Positions 1 to 9,917 of a stretch of 64,000 bases of DNA are shown here, piece after piece. The position numbers and the translations under genes are program-made. The stretch is from Carpediemonas membranifera BICM (lineage: Eukaryota; Protista; Fornicata). The stretch covers positions 915,333-979,332 of the forward strand of contig JAHDYR010000007.1 of assembly GCA_019828565.1 (NCBI GenBank), given 5' to 3'. How positions within the stretch are numbered: the stretch's first letter is position 1; every line of letters starts with the position of its first letter. The notes below the pieces were generated by a model. The model was not told where the DNA came from and searched no databases. It saw nothing but the letters and a program-made list of their open reading frames with translations.

Positions 1-270
1 AGGAAGCAGGAGCTTGTGATCAGGAAATACCGCAGCCGTCTCGTCCGCTGGTTCGAAGACATGCAATACGATCCGATGGATGAGATCCCCGATGCGGAGA
101 TGGATGACGCTGATGTGGGATTCGACGAGGAGGAAAGCAAGGAGGTTCCTCGCCCCGCCGCCCAGTCCAAGACCAATCTCGCCCGCAAGGCCGTGGACGC
201 AGAGCCACAGGTCCCAGGTGCGGACTCTGTGAAGCGGGCGAAGGTCGAGGATGAGCCAATCAAAGGATGA
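1..270 (+). CDS. 3' end of a hypothetical protein running in from the window edge
   Basis: Open frame from the edge to TGA 268-270; acidic low-complexity C-terminus; codon usage like neighbouring genes. Confidence 0.55.
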   Translation, partial: RKQELVIRKYRSRLVRWFEDMQYDPMDEIPDAEMDDADVGFDEEESKEVPRPAAQSKTNLARKAVDAEPQVPGADSVKRAKVEDEPIKG

Positions 271-344
271 ACGGACCCGACCGCCAAACTGACCGGCGAG
301 TTGTGGGGATAAAATGGAGCACTGCTCGAGACAACTGGCTCAGG

Positions 345-425
345 GTCTATACTCCTCTGCAGTTTATCCCGGGGGGTTGACAGCTTAAGCCTTTCCTTTA
401 CATGAATCCCCTGTATAAACGCTCT
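345..425 (+). repeat. Short 3'-terminal remnant of the RLE retroelement family
   Basis: CCTCTGCAGTTTATCCCGGGGGGTTGACAGCTTAAG..CTTTACATGAATCC..TAAAC matches the ORF end and 3'UTR of the minus-strand element at ~19830-19900 (PLQFIPGG vs PLEFIPGG). Confidence 0.7.
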
Positions 426-657
426 ATAGTGGCAAAGTTCATTCCCAGTCGCTGGTGGCATAAAACTGCGCAAACAGCTTCCCCGATCGTTTGTCCCTGA
501 ATACGACACCCAGGCCCTCTTACTGCACAGATAGTGGTACTCGCTGCCTCCTTTGGTTTCCTCTGTGTTCATACACGCAGCATTGGACAGTCCAGACGTT
601 ACATTTTTTCATCCAGCCATATTTTTTTTCGTCGTAAAAAAGATAGCCAAGAAGAAC

Positions 658-1080
658 ATGTCCAAGCGTGGTCGTGGTGGTGCTGTTGGTAACAAGCTTC
701 GTCTTACCGTTGGTCTTCCCACTGGTGCGGTTATCAACTGCTGTGATAACTCCGGTGCCAAGAACCTGTATATCATTGCCGTCTATGGTGTCCAGGGCCG
801 CCTTAACCGCTACCCCGCCGCTTCTGTTGGCTCCTTCGCCATTGCTACCGTCAAGAAGGGCAAGCCCGATCTCCGCAAGAAGATCCACCCCATCGTTGTC
901 GTCCGTCAGCGCAAGCCTTGGCGCCGCCAGGATGGTGTCTTCATCTATTTCGAGGACAACGCTGGCGTGATCGTCAACAACAGAGGTGAGCTCAAGGGTT
1001 CCACTGTTGCCGGGCCTATCGCCAAGGAGTGTGCCGATCTCTGGCCCCGTGTGGCCTCTGCCGCTGGCACCATCGTCTAA
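658..1080 (+). CDS. RPL23: 60S ribosomal protein L23 (uL14)
   Basis: [37 protein letters not shown]; first ATG at 658. Confidence 0.97.
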   Translation: MSKRGRGGAVGNKLRLTVGLPTGAVINCCDNSGAKNLYIIAVYGVQGRLNRYPAASVGSFAIATVKKGKPDLRKKIHPIVVVRQRKPWRRQDGVFIYFEDNAGVIVNNRGELKGSTVAGPIAKECADLWPRVASAAGTIV

Positions 1081-1486
1081 ATGAGTACGAGGCTTATCGA
1101 TTATTGAAGTGTCGTGATCCTAGGTCGTGGGAGGGTGTGTGAGCCCTGCGACACTTACAGTCGCCCGCAACGTGCAGGTGCTTCTTGCATGGGGGACCGA
1201 AAAGTTGTTCTACGCAGATTTGGACTCGACCCAAGGCATTTTACGGAGTTTCACTCGATCCATCGCATAGCTCAGTGTGCAGCAGTCCTCACGCACTCTC
1301 ACCAACCCGGCCAAGACAGAGCCAACTATGCCAGCCCTTGACCTTGGACCAGATGGTCGTGCTACGAGCAAATGCTCGCACTCCGAGTGTCTTGGCTTCT
1401 GTCTCTCGTTCCTTCTGGATTTCTCAAACCGATTCTTGCAAAAAAAAATGGGGCGAGAATTTCGGACAATTCCCGAACGAACGACA

Positions 1487-2005
1487 ATGGCGACAAGATC
1501 CTCATTCGCTGGCGATTATTCCCGCCTCACTAGAAATCCCCGCAAGCGTGCTTCCCGCCCTGAGCTTACGGATGAGCAGAAGCAGGAAGTTAAGGAGGCT
1601 TTTGACCTTTTCGATACAGATAAGAGCGGTAGCATCGATTACCACGAATTGAAGGTTGCGATGCGTGCTCTTGGCTTCGAGGTCAAGAAGGAGGAGGTTC
1701 AGCGCCTCATGACTGAATACGACCGCACTGGGAGCGGTGAAATTGACTTTGATAGCTTTGTTGAGATCATGACCGCCAAGATTGCCGATCGGGACCCTCG
1801 CGAGGAGATGCTCAAGGCATTCCGCCTCTTTGACGACGACAGCACCGGCCGCATCACCCTCAAGAATCTCAAGCGCGTTGCGAAAGAACTTGGGGAGAAC
1901 ATGACTGATGATGAGCTTCAGGCTATGGTCGATGAGTTCGACCGTGATGGCAGCGGCGACATCAACCAGGAAGAGTTCCTTGCAATCATGCAGAGCTCAT
2001 ACTAG
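1487..2005 (+). CDS. CETN: Centrin (four EF-hands)
   Basis: [40 protein letters not shown]; start at 1487 chosen (1448 also possible). Confidence 0.93.
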   Translation: MATRSSFAGDYSRLTRNPRKRASRPELTDEQKQEVKEAFDLFDTDKSGSIDYHELKVAMRALGFEVKKEEVQRLMTEYDRTGSGEIDFDSFVEIMTAKIADRDPREEMLKAFRLFDDDSTGRITLKNLKRVAKELGENMTDDELQAMVDEFDRDGSGDINQEEFLAIMQSSY

Positions 2006-2288
2006 GCGGCGCGGCTGATACTTGTAAATGAATACCCAGTTTGAATTAAGGAAGCTAGGAAAGAGTTGGTTACCTGGTATGCCACTTGTTTGGTTTGACT
2101 TCGCGGTGTCCATCGGCCATCGACAGTCAGACAGACGGCTCTTTGTGCCTGGTTGTAAAACGAGCAGGTTTAGGCGGGTACACTGACAGAGCTACCTGCA
2201 TCATGACGTACCCAACCCCAACTCGGGTTCTGGACGATGACTCGATACAACTTTCGTCACAACGAAACAACCAAAACAAGTGATTGAG

Positions 2289-3035
2289 ATGAAGGTTACC
2301 GAGTACCGCCTCCCCATGCCATTCACCCCCGAGCAGTATCAGATCGGGCAGCTTTACATGTGCTCTCGCGCCTCTGCTGAGGACAGCACAGGTGATGACG
2401 GCATCGAATTCGTCGAGAACAAGCCTCTCACCAAGGATGGACGCTCCGGTCAGTACACGAAGAAGATATTCCACATCACGACATATCTTCCTAAGTGGAT
2501 GCAGGCTGTGATTCCCAAGGGTGCCTTCGACGTCATCGAGGAATCCCACAACTGCTTCCCCTTCATCCAGACCTCCTACCACGCCCCGTTCCTCAAGGAG
2601 CGCTTTGAACTCGTCATCACGTCCATGCACGTGGCCGACGACGACTGCAAGCAGGACAACCCTCTCGGCATGCCTGCCGAGGACCTCAAGCTTCGTGAAA
2701 TTGACGTGATCGACATTGTTAACGACGAGCTGACCGGCAAGGACTACGAGCCCGAGTTCGACCCCACCACGCAGGCCACTCCCCTTGGCCCCAAGTGGCG
2801 CGAGGAGCGGGAGCCCATCATGACGGCGTACAAGAGCCTCAAGGTCAAGCTCGCCATCTTTGGCATCCAGGGCAAGGCTGAGAAGTTCATTGCTTCGACT
2901 GTCCGCACCGTTTTCCTGAAGTACCACCGTAAGTGCTACGCCTGGTACCCCGAGTGGAAGGACCTCACCATCGAGGACATCAGAAAGTTCGAGGTTGAGG
3001 CTGCTTCTAAGCTGAAGGAGCTCCACTCAAAGTAA
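2289..3035 (+). CDS. Phosphatidylinositol transfer protein (class I/II PITP)
   Basis: EYRLPMPFTPEQYQIGQLY, GQYTKKIFH, MTAYK, HRKCYAWYPEWKDLTIEDIR. Confidence 0.92.
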   Translation: MKVTEYRLPMPFTPEQYQIGQLYMCSRASAEDSTGDDGIEFVENKPLTKDGRSGQYTKKIFHITTYLPKWMQAVIPKGAFDVIEESHNCFPFIQTSYHAPFLKERFELVITSMHVADDDCKQDNPLGMPAEDLKLREIDVIDIVNDELTGKDYEPEFDPTTQATPLGPKWREEREPIMTAYKSLKVKLAIFGIQGKAEKFIASTVRTVFLKYHRKCYAWYPEWKDLTIEDIRKFEVEAASKLKELHSK

Positions 3036-3700
3036 AGTGTCGATTTACGGGCCAGTCATCCTCAGTTGTTTGTTAAACTGTGATAAACACGTAAATCTGC
3101 GGACGTGCCATGAGTTCAGACACCAGGGCCGGGAACAAGGCTGGCCGGACCCGCATCAGTCCCAGTGCTAAGTGTGTCAGTCCCAGTGCTGGGCTAGAGG
3201 GCACCTGGCAATCGCATCCAAATGACGATGACGATGAGTTTTGAGAAGCGCCCTGTTCTATCGATGCATTCCTTGATGGGCCGGATCGGCGAGGTCCTCA
3301 GGATAGAGTTGTCGCTGACCCTGCACCAGGGGTTGAGGTGCTTGGGCGGGATGAGAGGTGTGGAGTGGGAATCTCAGCCAGATCACAGAGTCTTGTCGAA
3401 CGAGAGAAAAGCGCTCAACAATAAATCATCAGTTTATAATGCCTGGACATGAATCTATGGGTTTTACATGCAGACGTGTGCCATTTATGGTCGGGAGTTG
3501 AAGCTCGACTTGGGTTGACTCGGTCAGCGTCATACCAGTCGAGGAGACGGCTCAATCATCACACAGACAGTGCATAGCTGTTCCTCTGACCTCTACTGGG
3601 CCGGGAGGAGAGCATCACATGTCATTCACCCTCAGCTGCGGGGGAAAATGAAGTGATCAATCGCTCTTGTCATCGTCAAAACAAAGTCGGCTGAAACACA

Positions 3701-4462
3701 ATGTTTAGGAACCAGTACGATTCGTTTGTACTTTCTTATGTCCTCACGCAGTGATGTAACCACTTATAGTCCCCAAGGACGTCTTCATCAAGTAGAATAT
3801 GCTATGGAGTCTCAAAAGCTCGGAAGCGTCATTACAGGCGTCCGTTCGAACACACATGTTGTCCTTGCTGCCATCAAACGCTCATCTGGACCCCTTTGCT
3901 CGTACCACGAGAAGATCTTCGATGTCGACTCTCACTGCGGCATTGCTCTCGCCGGCCTCGCCGCTGATGGCCGCGGTCTCTGCCGCTATCTCCGCAGAGA
4001 GGCCATGGACCACCAGTACGTGTACAACAGCGAGGTCCCTATCGAGCGCCTCGTCCTCGGCCTGGCGGATAGTATGTACCCCGCCTTTCCCCTCACACAG
4101 AGTCCCAGCAGCGCACACAGATCGAGGGCAGCAGGCCCTACGGTGTCTCCCTCATCGTTGGCGGCCATGACCGTACAGGCCCGCGTCTCTTCCAGACGTG
4201 CCCGAGCGGCAATTGCTATGAGTACTACGCCTGCGCCCTTGGCCAGCGCGCCCAGTCCGCTATGTCCTTCTTCGACCGCAACAAGGAGAAGATCGCGGAG
4301 TCCACCGAGGCTGAGCTCGTCCGCCTGGCTTTCGATGCCCTCCGCACAACCCTGAGCGAGGACGGTGACCTCACTCCCGCCAGCATCTCGGTCGCCATCG
4401 CCGGCGCTGATGGGTTCAAGAAGCTGTCAGATGAAGAGGTGCTGGCTTTCTTCCAAGGGTAA
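3701..4462 (+). CDS. PSMA1: 20S proteasome alpha subunit (alpha6/PSMA1); introns 3724-3751 and 4072-4100
   Basis: Splicing two GT-AG introns gives [25 protein letters not shown]...DKSQQRTQ..RPYGVSL. Confidence 0.93.
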
Positions 4463-4620
4463 ATCAGTAGCATAGTTCGAATCATGAAGAAAACTGAGCT
4501 GCAACTTGGTCACAGCACTAGTTGTTGGCGTTAGATGGTGTATGACGGCCGGGTTGATCGCTTGTACTCATTTATGTGTTGTACATTGCCTCATGTATTC
4601 CATGGGCAAGCGACGCAACC

Positions 4621-7332
4621 ATGGCGACTGTTGTCGTTCCTAATGAGATCATAGACCTCATAGACTATGGAATCGCTTCAAATCAGCGCTCAGTGTTCGT
4701 AGTAGTGGGAGCTAAAGCCGAAACGCAGATCCAGCGCATGTACGCTCTATATACGAAGCAAAAGGGCGCTGCCCGCCGTGGAACAGTCCGTGGCGCCCGC
4801 GAGATCCTCTGGTGCTACCTGGATTCCAATCCCATCAGCCGTTTCTCCGTTCAGCTGCGTCGCAACATCAAAAAGAAGCGCTTCCGTGCCGAGCAATCCG
4901 CGGACGATGCCTCTCTGTCCACCTTCCTCGCCCAGAACCACATTGAGTTCATGAAATACTCAGACATGAAACGTACAGAGGGCAAGACGTACGAGATGCT
5001 CGTCCTCTCAAGCTTTGACTCCATTTCCCCCGACACTCTTGCTCGGGCCGTCGAGACCGTGACCGGCGGCGGTATCATATTCATCGCACTGGATAAGATG
5101 ACTGCCCTCCGCCAGCTCGAGGACCTTGTCAACGGCCCGGGACCCGAGCCTGTGGGTCATGCGACCGAGCTCAAAGACAGGTACAGCTCTAGGTTCACAC
5201 GGTCATTGCTAGCCTGCCCCACAGCAGCATTTATCACGGACGAGTGGTCTGTACTGAGTGGGGTCAGACCGCTGGTGGTACCAGATGCTACAGCTTCAAT
5301 TGAGGCCGCGTCGAAGAGGAGGAACGCTCTCACCGCAATCAAGGCGGCCCAGCAGGTTGAGAGCATGTCAGCGCTGCTGTGCGGTCTATGTGCAACCCCC
5401 TGCCAGGCAAGAGCCGTGACTGGAGCCATCGCAGCTTTGGGCTGGGATGACGACGACGAGAAGGGGACGGAGATGGAAGGGAAGGACAAGAAGAAGAAGG
5501 CTAAGGCCAAGCACCCCCGCCTGTGCCTCGCCGGGCCTCGGGGCAGAGGCAAGGGGGTCGCCCTCGGCCTCCTCTCCGCCGCTGCTGTGAAGCGCGGCCT
5601 CGGCTTCGTCGCAATCACCGCACCCAGCCCTGCTGCTGTCCAGACAGCGCTTCTGTTCGCCAAGAAGGGCCTTGAGGCGCTAGGCTACGCTGAGCACACC
5701 AACTTTACTGCAACTGTCGAGGGTACTATCGTCACTGGGCTCGCCGTCTCCGCTGGTACTGCCCAGACTGTCGCCTTCGTGCCTGCCGACAAGGCGGGTC
5801 GGGTCGACGCCGAGCTCGTACTCGTGGCTGAAGCCGCCTCGATCCCCCAAATTTCTAGGACCTCGGTGCTATCCTCCGATGCCCCTCTCATCGCCACCAT
5901 GACGACAGCAGGATACCATACAGCCGGGTCGACCCACGTTTCATCCACTATGCAGTTTATGGGCCCTACCGTCTTTGAACTGCAGACCCCCGCCCGGTTC
6001 AACGAGGGCGACGGGGCTGAGCGGTGGGTCAGTAAGTTGCTGGCTCTGGAAGGGCCAGTAGTGGCCGCGGCCAAGGCTGAGCTTACCCCTGACCAGTGCT
6101 CTTTGTTCGAAGTGAATCTTGACACTCTTCTCAAGGCAGCAGACCGTCCCAACTCTGTCACTGAGGTCGCCCTAGCCACTGTAATGGGCCTTCTCCGCTC
6201 CTACGACCTGACCATATGCCCCACGGACGTGCAGCAGCTGGCAGATGGGCCCACGGAGCGACTATTCATCCTAGTCGACCCCCGTTCGTTCAAAAAGACC
6301 TTGACTGTACCTGTAGCAATCAGAGTCAGCCTGGAGGGCGCCATACGCCGCGGATACCGGTCGACCATGCTCTCTGACAACAAGGCAGACAATGACGAGT
6401 CTGTGCCGTACCAGGTCGGGTCGACTTACCGTGAAATGGCGGACGGCTTCAGCCTGCTCTCCGGGGCCAGGGTGCTTCGACTAGCCTCTACCCCCGGGTT
6501 CGAAGGCTTTGAGAAGAGGGCAGTGGACCAACTCATCGCCTTTTACAGCGGCGACTTGAAGTGCGAAGTCAGGCCCGAGTCGGCCGAGCTTCTCTCACCC
6601 TGCTCCGCCATCGAGCCAGAGGATATCAGCTGGGTAGCTGCCACCACAGACGCTACGGAGCCCGACCTCTGCTTCTGGAGAGAGGCCGGACTCAAGCCGG
6701 TCTTCCTCACACCTCTCCCGCAGTCGACCGGAGTCCATGGAGTCACCATGATCGCCCAGGTTGGGTCCGGGGCGGTGCAGTGGGCGGAGAAAATCGCGGT
6801 AGAGTTCAGACACAGGCTGGCGGCAACACTGGCCACACCCGTGTTGAGACAGCTCCCCTTGGAGACGGTATACCGGCTGATGGACATGCCGGAGTCCCTA
6901 AAGTGCGCAGAACCAATCAAAAGAGCGGATTTGATTGCGCACTTTACCCCAGGCGGAGATGCTACTGACTTTGGCCGTGACATCGCCCGGCTCCGGTCCT
7001 ACACGGCCGAGCTCGTCCACAGCTACCAGTCCGTCGCGGATCTCGTCCCCCAAGCTGCATCTCTTGCCACATGCGGGCGGTTGACCCTCGACCTCGGCCC
7101 CGAGCCTCACACGATGTGCTGTGTTCTTGTTGCACTGGGTCTGCAGCAGCACGACTTCGAGGACGCGGCCCAGCTGGTGGTCGGCCTTCGTGCGCCCAAG
7201 ACGCGGCCTGAGGAGCGCGTCTCTGTACTTCGTTCGAAGGCAAAGGCTATGGTGAAAATGTTGGTGGACGGGCTTGACGAGGAGACCCGCAAGGCGGCTG
7301 CGACTGCCCCTGAGAAGCGGGCGTGTGAATAA
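4621..7332 (+). CDS. Divergent NAT10/Kre33-like RNA cytidine acetyltransferase homolog
   Basis: QRSVFVVVG, ILWCY, LARAVETVTGGGII, GPRGRGKGVALGL, RFNEGDGAERWVSKLL, LSGARVLRLA; catalytic motifs altered. Confidence 0.85.
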   Translation: MATVVVPNEIIDLIDYGIASNQRSVFVVVGAKAETQIQRMYALYTKQKGAARRGTVRGAREILWCYLDSNPISRFSVQLRRNIKKKRFRAEQSADDASLSTFLAQNHIEFMKYSDMKRTEGKTYEMLVLSSFDSISPDTLARAVETVTGGGIIFIALDKMTALRQLEDLVNGPGPEPVGHATELKDRYSSRFTRSLLACPTAAFITDEWSVLSGVRPLVVPDATASIEAASKRRNALTAIKAAQQVESMSALLCGLCATPCQARAVTGAIAALGWDDDDEKGTEMEGKDKKKKAKAKHPRLCLAGPRGRGKGVALGLLSAAAVKRGLGFVAITAPSPAAVQTALLFAKKGLEALGYAEHTNFTATVEGTIVTGLAVSAGTAQTVAFVPADKAGRVDAELVLVAEAASIPQISRTSVLSSDAPLIATMTTAGYHTAGSTHVSSTMQFMGPTVFELQTPARFNEGDGAERWVSKLLALEGPVVAAAKAELTPDQCSLFEVNLDTLLKAADRPNSVTEVALATVMGLLRSYDLTICPTDVQQLADGPTERLFILVDPRSFKKTLTVPVAIRVSLEGAIRRGYRSTMLSDNKADNDESVPYQVGSTYREMADGFSLLSGARVLRLASTPGFEGFEKRAVDQLIAFYSGDLKCEVRPESAELLSPCSAIEPEDISWVAATTDATEPDLCFWREAGLKPVFLTPLPQSTGVHGVTMIAQVGSGAVQWAEKIAVEFRHRLAATLATPVLRQLPLETVYRLMDMPESLKCAEPIKRADLIAHFTPGGDATDFGRDIARLRSYTAELVHSYQSVADLVPQAASLATCGRLTLDLGPEPHTMCCVLVALGLQQHDFEDAAQLVVGLRAPKTRPEERVSVLRSKAKAMVKMLVDGLDEETRKAAATAPEKRACE

Positions 7333-7433
7333 ACAGCGGATAGACGCTGTCTGGGCGATGGATTGGCCCGTTGGTGATTATTTCTGGGAGCTTTGACCGA
7401 TCGAGAAAGACGTTGAGAGACGAATTGCATTCG

Positions 7434-8804
7434 ATGCTTTCGGCCCTTACTCAGTCCTTTACTGCCTCTACGCTATTCTCCCGGACTCTGTCCGCGATGA
7501 TGACGGACGCCTCCTCGAATTCGATCATGAGGGACTACGCCAAGTGCATCTTCTGCGATCGCTGCGTGGATGCGTGCGAGAGCCAATCTCTCAACGTCTA
7601 TGAGGAATCTGACGAGCCCGAGCCCCCGATCACTGTCGGCAACGTCCCTCTCAAGGAGACGAACTGCATCTCCTGCGGCCAGTGCGCCGTTGTTTGCCCT
7701 GTCGACTGCCTCTACGAGAAGGACGCCTCCAAGACAGTCCTCGAGACCCTCAAGAACAAGAACGGCAAGATCTGTGTCGCTGTAACCGCTCCCTCCGTCC
7801 GCGTCGGCATCTCCGAGGAGGCCGGCCTTCCCGCGGGCACCGACTCGACCGGCCAGATGGTCGCCGCCCTCAAGGCATTCGGATTCGACTATGTTTTTGA
7901 CACCAACACTGCCGCCGACCTCACGATCATGGAGGAGGGCACCGAGCTGCTCTCCCGGCTGGGCCAGGGCACGATGTTTACTAGCTGCTGCCCCGGCTGG
8001 GTCAACATGGCCGAGAAGGTCTACCCGGAGCTCATCCCCAACCTCTCCTCCTGCCGCTCGCCCCAAGGCATGGCTGGCTCTCTTGTACGCCACAAGTTTA
8101 GCCAGGTGCTCGGTGTCAAGCCCGAGGACATTTACCTCGTCTCGTTCATGCCTTGTACCGCCAAGAAGGACGAGATCAAGCGCGAGCAGCTCTCCGACGA
8201 CATCGATGAGGTATGCACCGTTCGCGAGTTCGGCCGCATGCTCACAGCTGACAAGGTCGACCTCAAGGCCCTCCCGGCAGCAGACTTTGACGAATTCTTC
8301 GGCGAGTCGACCGGCGGCGCCGACATCTTCGGTGCGTCCGGCGGCGTGATGGAGGCTGCTCTCCGCTTCGCTCACGAGGCTGTCACTGGCAAGCCCGCCC
8401 CCAACGTTGAGTTTGACGGAGCCGTCCGCCCTGGAAAGGCCGGCATCAAGGAGGCGACGGTGGCACTCGACGGCAAGGAGCTGAAGGTCGCGGTCGTCAG
8501 CGGCGGCGACAACATCGCCAAGCTCATCAAGCGCATCAAGGCCGGTGAGAAGTTCGACTTTGTTGAAGTCATGGCCTGCCCCGGCGGCTGTGTCGGCGGC
8601 GGCGGGATGCCCAAGGGCAAGGCCTTCAAGAAGAACGTTCCGAAGCGGGCCGAGGGCCTCTACAGCATCGACAGGTCCAAGGGCCACCGCAAGTCCCAGG
8701 AGAACGACACGCTCCATCGGCTGTACGCGTCCATGCTTGGTGGCGCCCCCGGCAGCCACGAGGCGCACGAGCTGCTCCACACCACCTACCGCACCCAGAA
8801 CTGA
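7434..8804 (+). CDS. hydA: [FeFe]-hydrogenase (group A, 2x[4Fe-4S] plus H-cluster) with putative organelle-targeting leader
   Basis: CIFCDRC and CISCGQC ferredoxin motifs; H-cluster motifs TSCCPGW, MPCTAKKDE, EVMACPGGCVGGGG. Confidence 0.96.
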   Translation: MLSALTQSFTASTLFSRTLSAMMTDASSNSIMRDYAKCIFCDRCVDACESQSLNVYEESDEPEPPITVGNVPLKETNCISCGQCAVVCPVDCLYEKDASKTVLETLKNKNGKICVAVTAPSVRVGISEEAGLPAGTDSTGQMVAALKAFGFDYVFDTNTAADLTIMEEGTELLSRLGQGTMFTSCCPGWVNMAEKVYPELIPNLSSCRSPQGMAGSLVRHKFSQVLGVKPEDIYLVSFMPCTAKKDEIKREQLSDDIDEVCTVREFGRMLTADKVDLKALPAADFDEFFGESTGGADIFGASGGVMEAALRFAHEAVTGKPAPNVEFDGAVRPGKAGIKEATVALDGKELKVAVVSGGDNIAKLIKRIKAGEKFDFVEVMACPGGCVGGGGMPKGKAFKKNVPKRAEGLYSIDRSKGHRKSQENDTLHRLYASMLGGAPGSHEAHELLHTTYRTQN

Positions 8805-9225
8805 GGTGTCGGCCTGTAAACTGTTATTTAATCGCCTGATTCATCGGAAGAAGCGACTGATGGTGGAAGGGGTCAGTGAGGTTGAGTCCGTGCCTATCGG
8901 AGGTCCAGCAGGGTCATCGTGGTTGGGTCCACGGTCGCCTCGTCTCAATCACCGGGCGCTATCCTACTGCAGGGTGACTGCGTTACAGCTCCCTCCCAGG
9001 TCCCAGGTCGCATGGCCCTCTCCGATGACGGCATCACAGTGGACTCGTGCCATGTCTGGGGGCCAGGGCCGGGGTGAGGGTCCGCGCTGACCGGGCTGAT
9101 GATGGGGCGAGGGCCGCAGTCAGGAGAGTGCTTGAAGACGCTGGCGTGCACGACTGCACGGTGGAGGTCGTATACGCCGGATTGTGTCAGGTTTCAGTTC
9201 TTAATTAATCTGCGCAATACGAGAC

Positions 9226-9663
9226 ATGAGCAAGACGAGAGCAAGAAGATTGTGCTTACAATCCGTCTTATTCGCTCATTAGCGCATAGAAACATCCGTC
9301 TTCTTGTCCTTCGTCAAGTACCCCAGGACATCACTGTTTCAGCTCTCTTCGACTTGATCTTCGCCAGTTTGTCCCCTCCTGAATGATATACGTCTTATAC
9401 AGCCATTTCCTTGGACCCTAAGTTCAAGATCTTCGCTGCCATGAAGCCTAAGGCCGACACCCTCAATCTCCCGGCCGCAGTCCCACAAGACGCAGAACCT
9501 CGCCATCAACATCTGCGATGACGAGGAGCTCGTTCTCGACTCCTCCAAGAAGCTCAGCGACTACAAGATCGGGTCTGAGACCGAGCTCTCGCTCTTCCTC
9601 TGGTCCGAGTACGAGGAGTTCTGCCGCAACCCAGACGCCCAGCGCGCGTCGTTTGGACACTGA
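9226..9663 (+). CDS. UPF0538/C2orf76-like protein; intron 9367-9402; two apparent frameshifts (~9230, ~9468)
   Basis: LTIRLIRSLAHRNIR and HKTQNLAINICDDEELVL..IGSETELSLF..YEEFCRNP resemble UPF0538. Confidence 0.7.
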
Positions 9664-9917
9664 ATAGAGGCGTAGGCATCTGTTTGGAGTTGTTCGAGTA
9701 AAGTTCCCTGTCAGATTGAACATGCATGAATCTTAAAATTGGGGGTCGACCATTCAACAAGCTTGAGACAGTGGCGTCCATGGATGAGTCGATGGGGGTC
9801 TTCTATACGGTAAGATTAGTACTGTGATATCTTCTCATTGGTGAGAGGGTGAGCCTAATGACAAGCTGTTGGTTTGTACAAAACTGCGGAGTTTTTTTTC
9901 ATGCATACAGAGCTTAA

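Noticed and set aside
3156-3190. TCAGTCCCAGTGCT repeated twice
   Set aside because: Isolated local duplication without further structure
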